A stretch of 64,000 nt of DNA from an uncultured Chloroflexia bacterium (GTDB lineage Bacteria; Chloroflexota; Limnocylindria; Limnocylindrales; CSP1-4), in contig OY970218.1 of assembly GCA_963713975.1 (NCBI GenBank), forward strand, positions 3,424,001-3,488,000. The letters run 5' to 3'. How positions within the stretch are numbered: the first letter of the stretch is position 1; the number at the start of each line of letters is the position of its first letter. The translations under genes were made by a program, and so were the position numbers. The notes below the pieces were generated by a model, which had not been told where the DNA came from, did no database searches, and was given only the letters and a program-made list of their open reading frames with translations. Shown here one piece after another: positions 37,628 to 46,942 of the stretch.

Positions 37628-39343
37628 TCACGAGAGCATCGCCGCGACGCTGCCGGGCGCCACGACCACCAGGTGGTGCTTCGCGCGAGTGGCGCCAACG
37701 TACAGGAGCCGTTCGAGCCGGTTGTCGTCCGGTCGCAGCTCGGCGATCACCACGACGTCGCGATCCAGGCCCTTGAAGCGGTGGATGGTGTCGCACAGGA
37801 TCGTGCCCGCGGGCTGGTCCGGTACGTCATCGGCCGACAGGCCCATCGAGCGTCCCGCGTCATCGACGTTCCCGTTCCAGAGCACGAGATCGCCCCGGAA
37901 TCGACGCTGCTTCCAGGTAGCGCTGTGCTCGAGCGAGACGCCGGTGAGGACGACGATCTGCGCGCGGTCCACCTTCTCCACGTGGACCAGCTCGTGGAGG
38001 GCGGCGCGGACGGCATCCACGGTCGCCTCGGGCCCGTCGGCCTCGATCACCACGGGCGCCCGACCGTCCTCGCGCACCGGCTCGGCGGCCAGGTCACCGT
38101 CGTAGAAGCGGTAGGCCAGGTCGTGGATGGGTCGCGAGTTGCGGCAGTTGTCCGGGAGCGGGTACTCGTCGAGGCCGAGAGTGGACACGGCGTCGGTCCG
38201 GTAGATGGCCTGCGCCGGGTCGTGGAAGACGTACAGGACACCCCGCTTGGGATCCACCAGGAGCTGTTCCAGGAGCATGAGCCAGAGCTCCTCGAAGTCC
38301 TGGCCCTCGTCGATGACCAGCGCCTGGACCCGTCCGCCCACCTTGGGGAGGGCGCGCTCAAGGGCGCCCGGAAGCTGGGTGTCGAACCAGTCGCGGCCGG
38401 GGTTCGCGGGCTGGGGTGGAAGCGTTCCGGCCTCGGTCCCCAGGCGCCGGCACAGCTCGTGGAAGGTGCCCACCGAGAGGCGGCCCGACGCGATGTGCGG
38501 GGCGAGCTCGGGGTCGCGGGCGAGGGCGCGCGCGAGCGGCTGGTTGAAGCAGGCGAGGATCGTGTCGAAGCCGTCCGCCGCCAGCTGGCGGGCCTTCTCC
38601 GCCGCGAGGAGGCTCTTGCCGGCTCCCGCACAGCCCACCACCGATGCCCGGGGCTTGGCGCGCAGCGTGCGCAGGACGGACAGCTGCATGCGGGTGGGGG
38701 CCCGGAGCTCGTGCTCGCCCTCCTCGATGTCGCCGCGGAGCAGGGCACGCAGGACCACCTCGGGCTCGATGACATCGCAGATGACCTCGACCTGGCTCTC
38801 GGTCAATGCGGCTTTGCGCGCGCTGTTGCCCTTCCAGAAGGCCACCACGCGGGCGAGGGCTCGGGTTGCTGCTTCGTCGGTGGCCAGGTCCGCGCGGTCG
38901 AGGATCAGCTCGGCCGGCGCATCGGGACCGAGGGTCGGGTGAAGGCGAGTGAGGCTGGCGCGGTCCGTGTCGGGGAAGGCGACGGCGTGGAAGGTCAGGA
39001 CCTCGCCGACCCAGCGAGGGTCCGCCTTGACCTTCCCGCCCATCGTGCGCGCCGACGTCTCGGCCTGCTTGAAGGGCGGGGGCCTCAGGAGCCGATCAGC
39101 GGCGTGCCAGTCTCCGGAGCGGTCGCGGACGATCGGGCCGCCCTTGGTCTCGATGACGAGCAGCCCGATCTCGGGGAGGACGAGCAGCAGGTCGATCTCG
39201 CCGTTGCGCGCGGCGCCGCCATCCTCGGTGGGCGCGAGCCAGCGCACGTTGGCGAAGCAGACGGCACCCTCGGGCAGGACGGCACGAATCCGCTCCTCGA
39301 CGAGGCGCTCCGCTCGCCGTCCGAGCTCGCCGCGCTCCCCCAT
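37628..39343 (-). CDS. NERD nuclease domain fused to SF1 helicase/AAA domain
   Basis: GEIDLL..GLLVIETKGG..PFKQA (NERD); GCAGAGKS, VIDEGQDF, NCRNS, TIHRFKGLD, LYVGATRA. Confidence 0.88.
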   Translation of the reverse strand: MGERGELGRRAERLVEERIRAVLPEGAVCFANVRWLAPTEDGGAARNGEIDLLLVLPEIGLLVIETKGGPIVRDRSGDWHAADRLLRPPPFKQAETSARTMGGKVKADPRWVGEVLTFHAVAFPDTDRASLTRLHPTLGPDAPAELILDRADLATDEAATRALARVVAFWKGNSARKAALTESQVEVICDVIEPEVVLRALLRGDIEEGEHELRAPTRMQLSVLRTLRAKPRASVVGCAGAGKSLLAAEKARQLAADGFDTILACFNQPLARALARDPELAPHIASGRLSVGTFHELCRRLGTEAGTLPPQPANPGRDWFDTQLPGALERALPKVGGRVQALVIDEGQDFEELWLMLLEQLLVDPKRGVLYVFHDPAQAIYRTDAVSTLGLDEYPLPDNCRNSRPIHDLAYRFYDGDLAAEPVREDGRAPVVIEADGPEATVDAVRAALHELVHVEKVDRAQIVVLTGVSLEHSATWKQRRFRGDLVLWNGNVDDAGRSMGLSADDVPDQPAGTILCDTIHRFKGLDRDVVVIAELRPDDNRLERLLYVGATRAKHHLVVVAPGSVAAMLS

Positions 39344-39603
39344 GCCGTGCCTCCCGTGGTCCGGTGCGGGCCGGGGTCCGGGACGTAGCGGTCCGGTCCG
39401 GGACGTCGCAGTCCGGGCCTGGGTCCGACGTGGTCCTGGCCGTCGCTGCGAGCCCCGCTGGCGACCGTAGCAGAGCGATCGCGCGTGCGCTCTGGTCCGT
39501 CCGGCCTCTGCCAGGGCGCCGTCCGGCCCATGTCTCCCCCCCCCACAACCGCACCGCGGGCGCGCGAGAACGGGCGCTCGGCACGGTTACGGGGTGAGGC
39601 CGA

Positions 39604-40167
39604 TCAGCGAGTCAGGCCAGCGTTGATCCGGACGAGATGGTTCTGGGCGTCGAACTGGAGCTCGAGCGACCCATACCGCTCTCCCGTGAACATGTAGACG
39701 AACGTCGGAGGGCCGTACAGGTCGGAGATCCGGCTCGGCTTGCCGAGGGCCTTGATCACGGCTCGGGGTGTCGCGCCCCAGTGGAGGGACTGCGGGAGGG
39801 TCCCCGCGTACTCCGTCAGGACCGGGTTCTCAGGTCCGTACACGGAGACGACACGTGCGACCCCCGTCCGGGACGTGTTCGCGGTGAAGTCCTCGCAGAC
39901 GACGAAGAAGCCGTCACCAACCGTGAGCGGGGTTCGAGCACAGCCCGTCACGTCGAGCTCGGAGCCGAGGTAGGACAGCGGATCGATGCCGCCGTTCGCA
40001 GCCGAGATGATCCTGGCGCCCGCCCCTCCCCCGACATGCATCCACGCCGCGCCGAACGCGACCAGCGCGATGCCGGCAGTGGCGATGCCCAGCCATCGCA
40101 GGCGACCCGGCGGCGGTCGCCGCACGGCGTCGGGTCCGCGGGTGGGATGCTGCTGCGGCGTGGTCAT
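39604..40167 (-). CDS. Hypothetical exported/membrane-anchored protein
   Basis: One TM helix after MTTPQQ; C-terminal WGATPRAVIKALGKP..YMF BamE/SmpA-like pattern. Confidence 0.55.
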   Translation of the reverse strand: MTTPQQHPTRGPDAVRRPPPGRLRWLGIATAGIALVAFGAAWMHVGGGAGARIISAANGGIDPLSYLGSELDVTGCARTPLTVGDGFFVVCEDFTANTSRTGVARVVSVYGPENPVLTEYAGTLPQSLHWGATPRAVIKALGKPSRISDLYGPPTFVYMFTGERYGSLELQFDAQNHLVRINAGLTR

Positions 40168-40374
40168 CGGTGGGCCCTCAGGAACCTTCCTATGTTTGTC
40201 ACTCCACATTATGAACAACGGCGGCGATACGGTGAAGTGCCGAGCGACGCCTAGTCCCGGGCGGTTGTTCGTGCAGCAGATGGCAACCGAAACGCCCTCG
40301 CCGGCGTCAGGGGCGCGCAGAACCGGCACTTGCGCCGGCGGCCCAACCGACACGAGACCCGAGAGGCGACCTCC

Positions 40375-41163
40375 ATGAGCAGCACGGAAACCATGAACGA
40401 CACCACCCACCGCTGGCGCTTGGCCATCGTGCTCGGGTCCGGAGCCCTCCTCGTGGGCCTGGTCGCCGGACCAGTCCTCGCCGGCGCCATGGCCCCCCGG
40501 ACCTATGCGCCCGTCAACGGCGCCGTGGACCAGCCGCCCGAGCACACGATCTCGGTCGCGGGCTCCGGCAAGGTCGTGGTGGTCCCGGACATGGCCACGA
40601 TCAGCCTCGGCGTTGTGGTCGAACGCAACACCGCCAAGGCGGCCCGTGAGGCGGCCGCGGCATCCATGACGAAGGTGGTCGCGGCGATCCGTGCGCTCGG
40701 CATCGACGACAAGGACATCGCCACCTCGAACGTGTCCCTCAATCCCGTCTACGACTACCCCAACAACCAGGCGCCGAAGATCCGCGGCTACCAGCTCCAG
40801 AACACCGTCACCGTCACCGTGCGTGACCTCGACAAGGTGTCCGACGTCATCGATGACGGCGTCCAGGCCGGGGCCACGTCGGTCGACGGGATCAGCTTCG
40901 ATGTCGCCGACCGGGCGGGCGCAGAGGCGAAGGCCCGTGAGGCCGCGGTGGCGGACGCAAAGGCCAAGGCCGACACGCTGGCCAGCGGGCTGGGCGTCCG
41001 GATCCAGGGCGTTGCCAGCGTCTCCGAGTCCGTCTCCACCCCCATCTGGTACGAGCGGATGGCAGCCCCCATGGCCGCAGCCGACGGGGGCTCCGAGACG
41101 CCGGTCCTCCCGGGCACAACGGACGTGGTGATCACGGTTCAGGTGTCGTTCCTGATCCCGTAG
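40375..41163 (+). CDS. SIMPL domain (DUF541) protein
   Basis: TISVAGSGKV.VVPDMATISLGV, IATSNVSLNPVYDY, AVADAKAKADTLA. Confidence 0.9.
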   Translation: MSSTETMNDTTHRWRLAIVLGSGALLVGLVAGPVLAGAMAPRTYAPVNGAVDQPPEHTISVAGSGKVVVVPDMATISLGVVVERNTAKAAREAAAASMTKVVAAIRALGIDDKDIATSNVSLNPVYDYPNNQAPKIRGYQLQNTVTVTVRDLDKVSDVIDDGVQAGATSVDGISFDVADRAGAEAKAREAAVADAKAKADTLASGLGVRIQGVASVSESVSTPIWYERMAAPMAAADGGSETPVLPGTTDVVITVQVSFLIP

Positions 41164-41192
41164 CCGGATACCGCTCGCCACAACGGCAGCTG

Positions 41193-41225
41193 GACGGCCC
41201 CGGGGGCGAACCCTCCGGGGCCGTT
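41193..41225. terminator. GC-rich stem-loop after SIMPL gene
   Basis: ACGGCCCCGGGGG-CGAA-CCCTCCGGGGCCGT. Confidence 0.6.
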
Positions 41226-41330
41226 CCGCGTCCGGAGCGGGCCGCGGACGACGCCCGGTGCCGTCGTCTCTTGGCAGGCGGGGCGCCGTGGGGCAGGATG
41301 TCTCCTGCACCTTCGTCCATTCGGGAGCCC

Positions 41331-43649
41331 ATGCACCGGTCCTTCGCCACCATCGTCGTCGCCATCGTGGGCGCTGTCGCGCTCCTCGGGATCCAGCCGC
41401 CGCCCGCCTCCGCGGCCGAGGGCTACTCGGACAGCGCGACCACCGTCTACACGCTCGACCCGGCCAAGGGCGTCCTCCGTGTCACAGTGACGATCAAGGT
41501 GAAGAACACCACGCCTGACACGAGCCAGCCCTACTCGTGCGTCAAGTACAGCAACGACTGGTTCCCCGTCCCCTACCTCGACACCTGCTACGAGACGACG
41601 AGCTACTACATCACCACGGCCTCGGCGGTGGTCGAGAGCGAGGCCAAGTCGATCAAGGCGGTCTCCGGCGGCAAGCCGCTCGAGGTGAGCGCCGGCAACG
41701 GGGACGCCTGGTACCGCTCGGTCACGGTCCGGTTCCCGGAGCTGTTCTACGGCGAGAGCCGCACGATCAAGCTGACCTACACGGTCAAGGGCGGGGCCCC
41801 GCGCAGCGACACCGCCACCCGGACGCTGCGCGCCTATGCCAGCTTCTGCGCCATCGCCAACGGCACCGATGCGAGCACGGTCACCGTGCGGATCCCCAAG
41901 GGGTACGACGTTGCGACGACCGGCAGGAAGCTGAAGGTGGCCACGGCCGGCAAGGAGCGCGTCTTCACCAGCGGCGCGATCAAGAACCCTGCGACCTGGT
42001 CGGCCTGCTTCAGCGGCACCAACAAGGCCGGCTACCGGACGCAGAAGCTCGCGACGCCGGACGGCCAGACGATCCGCCTGCGCTCGTGGCCCGAGGACGA
42101 GGCCTGGGCGACGAGCGTGAGCGCGGACGTGCAATCCAGCCTTCCCCTGCTGCAGCGATTGACCGGCACCGGGATGAGCGCCACCGCGAACCTCAACGTG
42201 CAGGAGTCGGCGACGGGCAACGAGTACGCGGGCTTCTACAACGCGGATACCAACACGGTGACGGTCGGCGAGGACTTCGGGCAGCCTGCGATCGTCGAGC
42301 ACGAGCTCGCCCACGTCTGGTTCAACGGCGGCAACCTCAAGGAGACCTGGCTCAGCGAGGGGTTCGCCGAGTGGGCCGCCCGCGCCGTCAGCGAGGAGGA
42401 TCCGGCCTGCGTGCAGCCCGATGCGGCGCCGGGCAGCATCACCCTGGCCACCTGGCGGTACCTCGAGCCCCGCGCCGATGCTGCCGAGCGGGTGGCCGTC
42501 GCCACCCAGTACCAGGCCGCCTGCCACGTCATGACCTCGGTCGCGACGGCAGCCGGCGAGGAGCGGATGACGCAGGCCGTGACCGCGCTGCTCCAGCGCC
42601 GGGACCCGTACGCTGCCGATCCCGAGTCGAAGCGGGCGGCGCGCCTCGCGACCTGGAAGGACTGGCTGGACGCCGTCGACGAGCTGGCCCTGGCGCCCGT
42701 CGGCGTGCCGGAGACCATGGCCTCGGACCTGCTGGTGGCCTACGGCGTCACCACCGACACGGGCCTGCTCGCCCAGCGGGCGGCGGCTCGGACCGCCTAC
42801 CGGGACCTGGTGGCGACGGTCGATGGCTGGACGGTTCCCGCGGCCGTGCGCACGCCGCTGTCGACCTGGAGCTTCGGCGCCGCGGAGACGGCGATCGAGA
42901 GCGCCACGCTGACCTGGGCGCTGACCGGCGAGACGGACCAGGCGCTCCCGGGCGTGGACGCGCGGCACGGGCCCGCGGCGGAGGCTTGGGAAGGCGCGAC
43001 CACGATCAACGACCTCGAGGCCGCGGCAGATCTCGCCGCCCGGCAGCTCGCGGCCGCGCGTGACGTGGCCGATGCCCTGGCCCTGGTGGACCAGCCGCTC
43101 GACATCGTCCAGCAGGTGGGCCTGTTCGGGATGCAGGTCCAGAGCCCGGACGCGGCCATCCCGGCCGTCAGGGCGGGTGACGGTGACGCCGTCGCCGGGA
43201 TCACGGCCCAGATCCGGGCATCGGTCGCGGGGTTGCGGGCCACCGGCCAGCAGCGGATCGCGGCGGGCGGCGCGATGCTCGCGCTCCTGGTGACGATGCT
43301 CGCAGTGTTCACCGTCCGGCGTGCGCGCCTGGCGTCGCGCCGTCGGGCCGTCGCGCGGGCGGCCGCGTTCGTGGCCCAGTCCCCTGCCCCGGTGTGGACG
43401 TCACCGCCGATCACCTCTCCCCGGACGTCATGGCCTGTGGGCTCATCGGACGACGCACCGACGCAGGTCTGGGACGTCCCGATCCTCAGCTCGGGCGCGG
43501 ATCCGGACCTCGGGTCGCTCGTGCACAAGCCGGGTCAGGCCCCGGAACCGTGGGTCCCGACCGCGTCGGTGGCGATGGACGTGCCGGCGGACGTTGCTGC
43601 GGCGCCGGCGGACGACGAGCCCGCAATGGAGCCTGGTCCAGATCGCTAG
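41331..43649 (+). CDS. Secreted, C-terminally anchored zinc metallopeptidase (gluzincin, M1/MA-like)
   Basis: Signal peptide, YAGFY, HELAHVW..WLSEGFAEW (HExxH + E), C-terminal TM and acidic tail. Confidence 0.75.
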   Translation: MHRSFATIVVAIVGAVALLGIQPPPASAAEGYSDSATTVYTLDPAKGVLRVTVTIKVKNTTPDTSQPYSCVKYSNDWFPVPYLDTCYETTSYYITTASAVVESEAKSIKAVSGGKPLEVSAGNGDAWYRSVTVRFPELFYGESRTIKLTYTVKGGAPRSDTATRTLRAYASFCAIANGTDASTVTVRIPKGYDVATTGRKLKVATAGKERVFTSGAIKNPATWSACFSGTNKAGYRTQKLATPDGQTIRLRSWPEDEAWATSVSADVQSSLPLLQRLTGTGMSATANLNVQESATGNEYAGFYNADTNTVTVGEDFGQPAIVEHELAHVWFNGGNLKETWLSEGFAEWAARAVSEEDPACVQPDAAPGSITLATWRYLEPRADAAERVAVATQYQAACHVMTSVATAAGEERMTQAVTALLQRRDPYAADPESKRAARLATWKDWLDAVDELALAPVGVPETMASDLLVAYGVTTDTGLLAQRAAARTAYRDLVATVDGWTVPAAVRTPLSTWSFGAAETAIESATLTWALTGETDQALPGVDARHGPAAEAWEGATTINDLEAAADLAARQLAAARDVADALALVDQPLDIVQQVGLFGMQVQSPDAAIPAVRAGDGDAVAGITAQIRASVAGLRATGQQRIAAGGAMLALLVTMLAVFTVRRARLASRRRAVARAAAFVAQSPAPVWTSPPITSPRTSWPVGSSDDAPTQVWDVPILSSGADPDLGSLVHKPGQAPEPWVPTASVAMDVPADVAAAPADDEPAMEPGPDR

Positions 43650-43657
43650 CGTGTCGT

Positions 43658-43803
43658 GCCGCTGGGCGGTTGTACCGTTGGTTGTCGTGCAGTTTGGGCC
43701 GCCAGGAGGCACACCTGTCGGTTGAACCGGGCCCTGGAGGCGGCAGACGTGCCTCCCGGCGGCTGGATCATGCCTTCACCCGACCGTACGGCCGCTGGGC
43801 GGC
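43658..43803 (-). repeat. R146 palindromic repeat copy G (146 bp, reverse orientation)
   Basis: Reverse complement GCCGCCCAGCGG..TCGGGTGAA..GAGGCACGTCTG..GTGTGCCTCC..GCGGCCCAAACT..CCGCCCAGCGGC. Confidence 0.85.
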
Positions 43804-43888
43804 GCAGGTGGCGGCGCAGGTGGGCGGCGCAGGTGGCGGCGCAGGTGGGGCGGGCGCAGGTGGCGGCGCAGGTGGCGGCGCAGGTGGG
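43798..43888. repeat. 12-15 bp tandem repeat abutting R146 copy G
   Basis: Seven GCGCAGGTG cores (unit approximately GGCGGCGCAGGT). Confidence 0.9.
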
Positions 43889-44000
43889 GCTCGAGTGGGA
43901 GCCCGATGGGCGACCCGGGCAGCGAGACGGCCGCCTCGGGCAGGCGCGTGGCCACGGCGCCCGCCGCCGAGCCCGCCACCGAAGACCCCGAGCCGGATCG

Positions 44001-45293
44001 CTAGCCGCGGGTCATCCGCTCCGCGATGTCGGCCCACTCCCAGAGGCGTCGCGGGTCTGACCGGCAGGTACTGATGTCCTTGAGCGTGAACTCGACCGGG
44101 CAGCCGTTGGCCTTCGTGGCCGCCAGCACGTCCCGGAAGTCCTTCACGGCCATCTCGGGCACCCACTCGTCCATCGCGACCATGGCCGGGTTCGGCTTGC
44201 GGCTGAACACGAAGTCGTGCCCGATCGCCTCGGCGCCCTTGTCGAGCTTCGCCCACGGGCTCATGGAGATCTTGCGCACGTTGGGGATCTTGCGGACGGA
44301 GTCGATCCGGTTGTGGAGCGGGTCACAGCAGCCGAAGTACCCGAGTCCGAAGCGCGCATACCAGCGGGCGTAGTACGGCGGCACGAACTCGTCGAACGCA
44401 GCGTCCGACACGGACACGAACAGCTGCGAGCGCCCAACGGTCCAGTTGTCGACGGCTCGGGCCCTGGCCGGGTCGAACCCGGGCTTCGGCAGCTCGGTCG
44501 TCTGGGCACCGGTGCAGTGGATCCGGTCGGCGCCGTAGCCCAGGAGGCCCCTCTCCTCCAGGATGTCGAGCTCCGCCAGGCGGACCTCGGTCAGGCGGTC
44601 CGCGATGGCGTGCAGGTGCTCCGGCCGGTCCACGAAGTCGTACAGGATCGGCTCGGTGCCGCGGTACTGCTCGATGTCGTCCCACAGCGGGAAGGCGAGC
44701 TCGTCGCCGTTGAAGCCGGTCAGGCCCTGCATCCGGACCTCGAGCAGGCCGTGGAGGCACTCGTTCGCCCATGCCTCCTCCCGGGCCGTCGCCGCCTCAT
44801 CCAGGCTGGGCACGAGGACCCGGAGCTTCGCCACGTCCTCGGGGTTCGCGAGCTGGTCCTCGTAATGGTGGCTCTGGACCACGTTGCCGGCGCCCTGATC
44901 GATGGTGTCCTCGGCGATCCGGATCCCCCAGCCGGGCCGGTCGATGACCTTCTTGATGTCGACGTACGGCTCGACCACCATGTCCACGCGCAGGTGGTTC
45001 CAGCGGTACAGCTCGCGACGGAGGCGCGTCTCGAGGTCAAAGGCAAAGGGGTGCGTGGACGTGACGACGAGATCGTCGCCGCCGGGGACGTCGCCGGCCA
45101 GCTCGTGCCAGGGGATCTCGTCGATCATCGCCATGGGCCGCTCGGGCCGGAGCCCGTTGAGCGCCTCCCACTCCCGGATCCGCTCCTGTTGAACGGGCAG
45201 GGCGGCGAGCTCCGCGACCCGGGCAGCCAGCTCGCGGACGGTCCGGACGTCTGCGATGGGCAGGCCCGTGCTGGTCGTGGCGGCGATGTCCAT
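44001..45293 (-). CDS. Uroporphyrinogen decarboxylase/cobalamin methyltransferase (URO-D/MtaA-like TIM barrel) superfamily protein
   Basis: RGTEPILYDFVDRPEHLH, VSDAAFDEFV, YFGCCDPLH, RKISMSPW, SRKPNP; adjacent to corrinoid protein. Confidence 0.6.
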   Translation of the reverse strand: MDIAATTSTGLPIADVRTVRELAARVAELAALPVQQERIREWEALNGLRPERPMAMIDEIPWHELAGDVPGGDDLVVTSTHPFAFDLETRLRRELYRWNHLRVDMVVEPYVDIKKVIDRPGWGIRIAEDTIDQGAGNVVQSHHYEDQLANPEDVAKLRVLVPSLDEAATAREEAWANECLHGLLEVRMQGLTGFNGDELAFPLWDDIEQYRGTEPILYDFVDRPEHLHAIADRLTEVRLAELDILEERGLLGYGADRIHCTGAQTTELPKPGFDPARARAVDNWTVGRSQLFVSVSDAAFDEFVPPYYARWYARFGLGYFGCCDPLHNRIDSVRKIPNVRKISMSPWAKLDKGAEAIGHDFVFSRKPNPAMVAMDEWVPEMAVKDFRDVLAATKANGCPVEFTLKDISTCRSDPRRLWEWADIAERMTRG

Positions 45294-45319
45294 CTCGAGG
45301 TCCCTCTCTGGATGCCCGG

Positions 45320-45946
45320 CTACGTCGCCAGCAGGCCGCGGGCGAGGTCCACGGCGGAGCCCGCGTCGGGGGCATAGCCGTCGGCACCGATCTGGGCGGC
45401 GAACTCAGGCGTGACCGGGGCGCCACCGATGACCACCCTGGTCGAGAGGTCTGCCGCGCGGACGGCCTCGACCACGGCGCGCATGTTGGGCATGGTCGTG
45501 GTCAGCAGCGCGGACACGCCGATCAGGTGCGCGTCGTGCTCCCGCGCGGCCTCGACGAAGGCGGCCGGGGCCACGTTGACCCCGAGGTCGATGACCTCGA
45601 TCCCGCCGCCCTTCCACATCATGCCCACGAGGTTCTTGCCGATGTCGTGGAGGTCCCCCTCGACGGTGCCCACGACCGCGCGGAACTCGGGCACCACGCC
45701 CGCGGCCGCGAGGACGGGCTCCAGGATCTCGGTGCCGGCCTTCATCGCCCGGGCGGCGATCAGCATCTCCGGGACGTATAGCTCGCCCTCCTGGAACTTG
45801 CGGCCCACCACGTCCATGGCGGCGGTCATGGCGTCGAGCACCGTCTTGGGGTCGGTTCCCTCGTCCAGGGCGGCCTGGGTCAGAGCTGCGGCATCCTTGC
45901 GGTTGCCGGCCTCGACGGCGGCGGTGAGGGCGGTCAGGTCGGCCAT
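45320..45946 (-). CDS. Corrinoid (B12-binding) methyltransferase protein, MttC/MtbC-like
   Basis: Cap domain (MDVVG.KF..YVPEML.AARAM), GTVEGDLHDIGKNLV (DxHxxG), SALLTTTM, GGAP. Confidence 0.92.
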   Translation of the reverse strand: MADLTALTAAVEAGNRKDAAALTQAALDEGTDPKTVLDAMTAAMDVVGRKFQEGELYVPEMLIAARAMKAGTEILEPVLAAAGVVPEFRAVVGTVEGDLHDIGKNLVGMMWKGGGIEVIDLGVNVAPAAFVEAAREHDAHLIGVSALLTTTMPNMRAVVEAVRAADLSTRVVIGGAPVTPEFAAQIGADGYAPDAGSAVDLARGLLAT

Positions 45947-46022
45947 GGCGGGGATCTCCTCAGGGTGGGGCGGCGGGCGGGGACGGCGGCGGGTGCGCCG
46001 GACGGGGCGCTGGACGGGGGCG

Positions 46023-46889
46023 CTATCCCAGGTGGGACCAGCCCGTGGTGTGGCGCTTGATCTCCTCGAGATTGTGCAGGCTCGACTCCCGGGCCCGCTC
46101 CTCCCAGGCGAACACGCAGACGGTCATGATCCCATCGAACCGCATGTCCCCGAGCGTCGCGAAGAAGGTATCCCAGGGCACCTCGCCCTGGCCGATATCC
46201 AGGTGCTGGTGGACGCGCACGGCGTTGCCGGGCGGGTTGGTGATGTAGCGCAGGCCGGACGATGCCCGGTGGTCGAAACAGTCCGCGACGTGGACCTGGG
46301 TCAGCAGGTCGCCCGCGTAGCGCATGATCCCGGCCATGTCGCCGCCCTGGTGGAAGGTGTGCGGAGCGCAGTACAGGAAGCTCACGTTCGGGGAGTTGAT
46401 GCCCCGGACCATGTCGACCGCCGTGAACCCGTTCTCCACGAAGTCGTCCGGGTGGGGCTCCAGGCGCAGCTGGATCCCCTCCCGCTCGAAGACCGGGAGC
46501 AGCTCCTCCATGGACTTCCAGAACATCGCCTCGGACAGGGAGGCCTTCTCCGGGCGCCCGTTGAACTCGGAGTTCATGACCGGGACGCCCAGCTCCACCG
46601 CGATCTCGATCGCCCGCTTCCAGTAGCGGACCGCGGCCTGTCGCTCGTCCTCGTCCGGCCCGGACCAGCGGAAGAGCGGCAGCAGCGAGCTGACCTGTAC
46701 CCCAGCCCCCGACAGGGCTGCCTTGAACGACCGGATCGTCGCCGTGTCCACGCGCGGGTGCAGGAAGAACGGGATGAAGTCCTCGCGCGGCGACAGCTCG
46801 AGGTACTCGTAGCCCAGGTCGGCGACCAGTCCCGGCAGCTCCACCAGGGGCGTGGTCCGGAACATGTACGGATCGAGCGCGATCTTCAT
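46023..46889 (-). CDS. iolH: IolH-like sugar phosphate isomerase/epimerase
   Basis: MKIALDPYM, ELSPREDFIPFF.HPR, EPHPDDF, LYCAPH, HQHLDIGQGE. Confidence 0.8.
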   Translation of the reverse strand: MKIALDPYMFRTTPLVELPGLVADLGYEYLELSPREDFIPFFLHPRVDTATIRSFKAALSGAGVQVSSLLPLFRWSGPDEDERQAAVRYWKRAIEIAVELGVPVMNSEFNGRPEKASLSEAMFWKSMEELLPVFEREGIQLRLEPHPDDFVENGFTAVDMVRGINSPNVSFLYCAPHTFHQGGDMAGIMRYAGDLLTQVHVADCFDHRASSGLRYITNPPGNAVRVHQHLDIGQGEVPWDTFFATLGDMRFDGIMTVCVFAWEERARESSLHNLEEIKRHTTGWSHLG

Positions 46890-46942
46890 CGTGTCTCCTC
46901 GTGGGCCGCCGGCCCGGGCCGGGACCCGTGGGCCACGGGACG

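Noticed and set aside
39360-39600. Short GTCCGGGACGT direct repeats and small hairpins upstream of the NERD gene
   Set aside because: Only two copies and weak stems, not distinguishable from GC-rich background.
874-43803. R146 copies as integron attC sites
   Set aside because: No tyrosine integrase in the window, no consistent RYYYAAC/GTTRRRY ends, and the copies are dispersed rather than following each ORF in an array.
43798-43888. Possible CRISPR array (also 17607-17744)
   Set aside because: Units are short and contiguous with no unique spacers; no cas genes are present.
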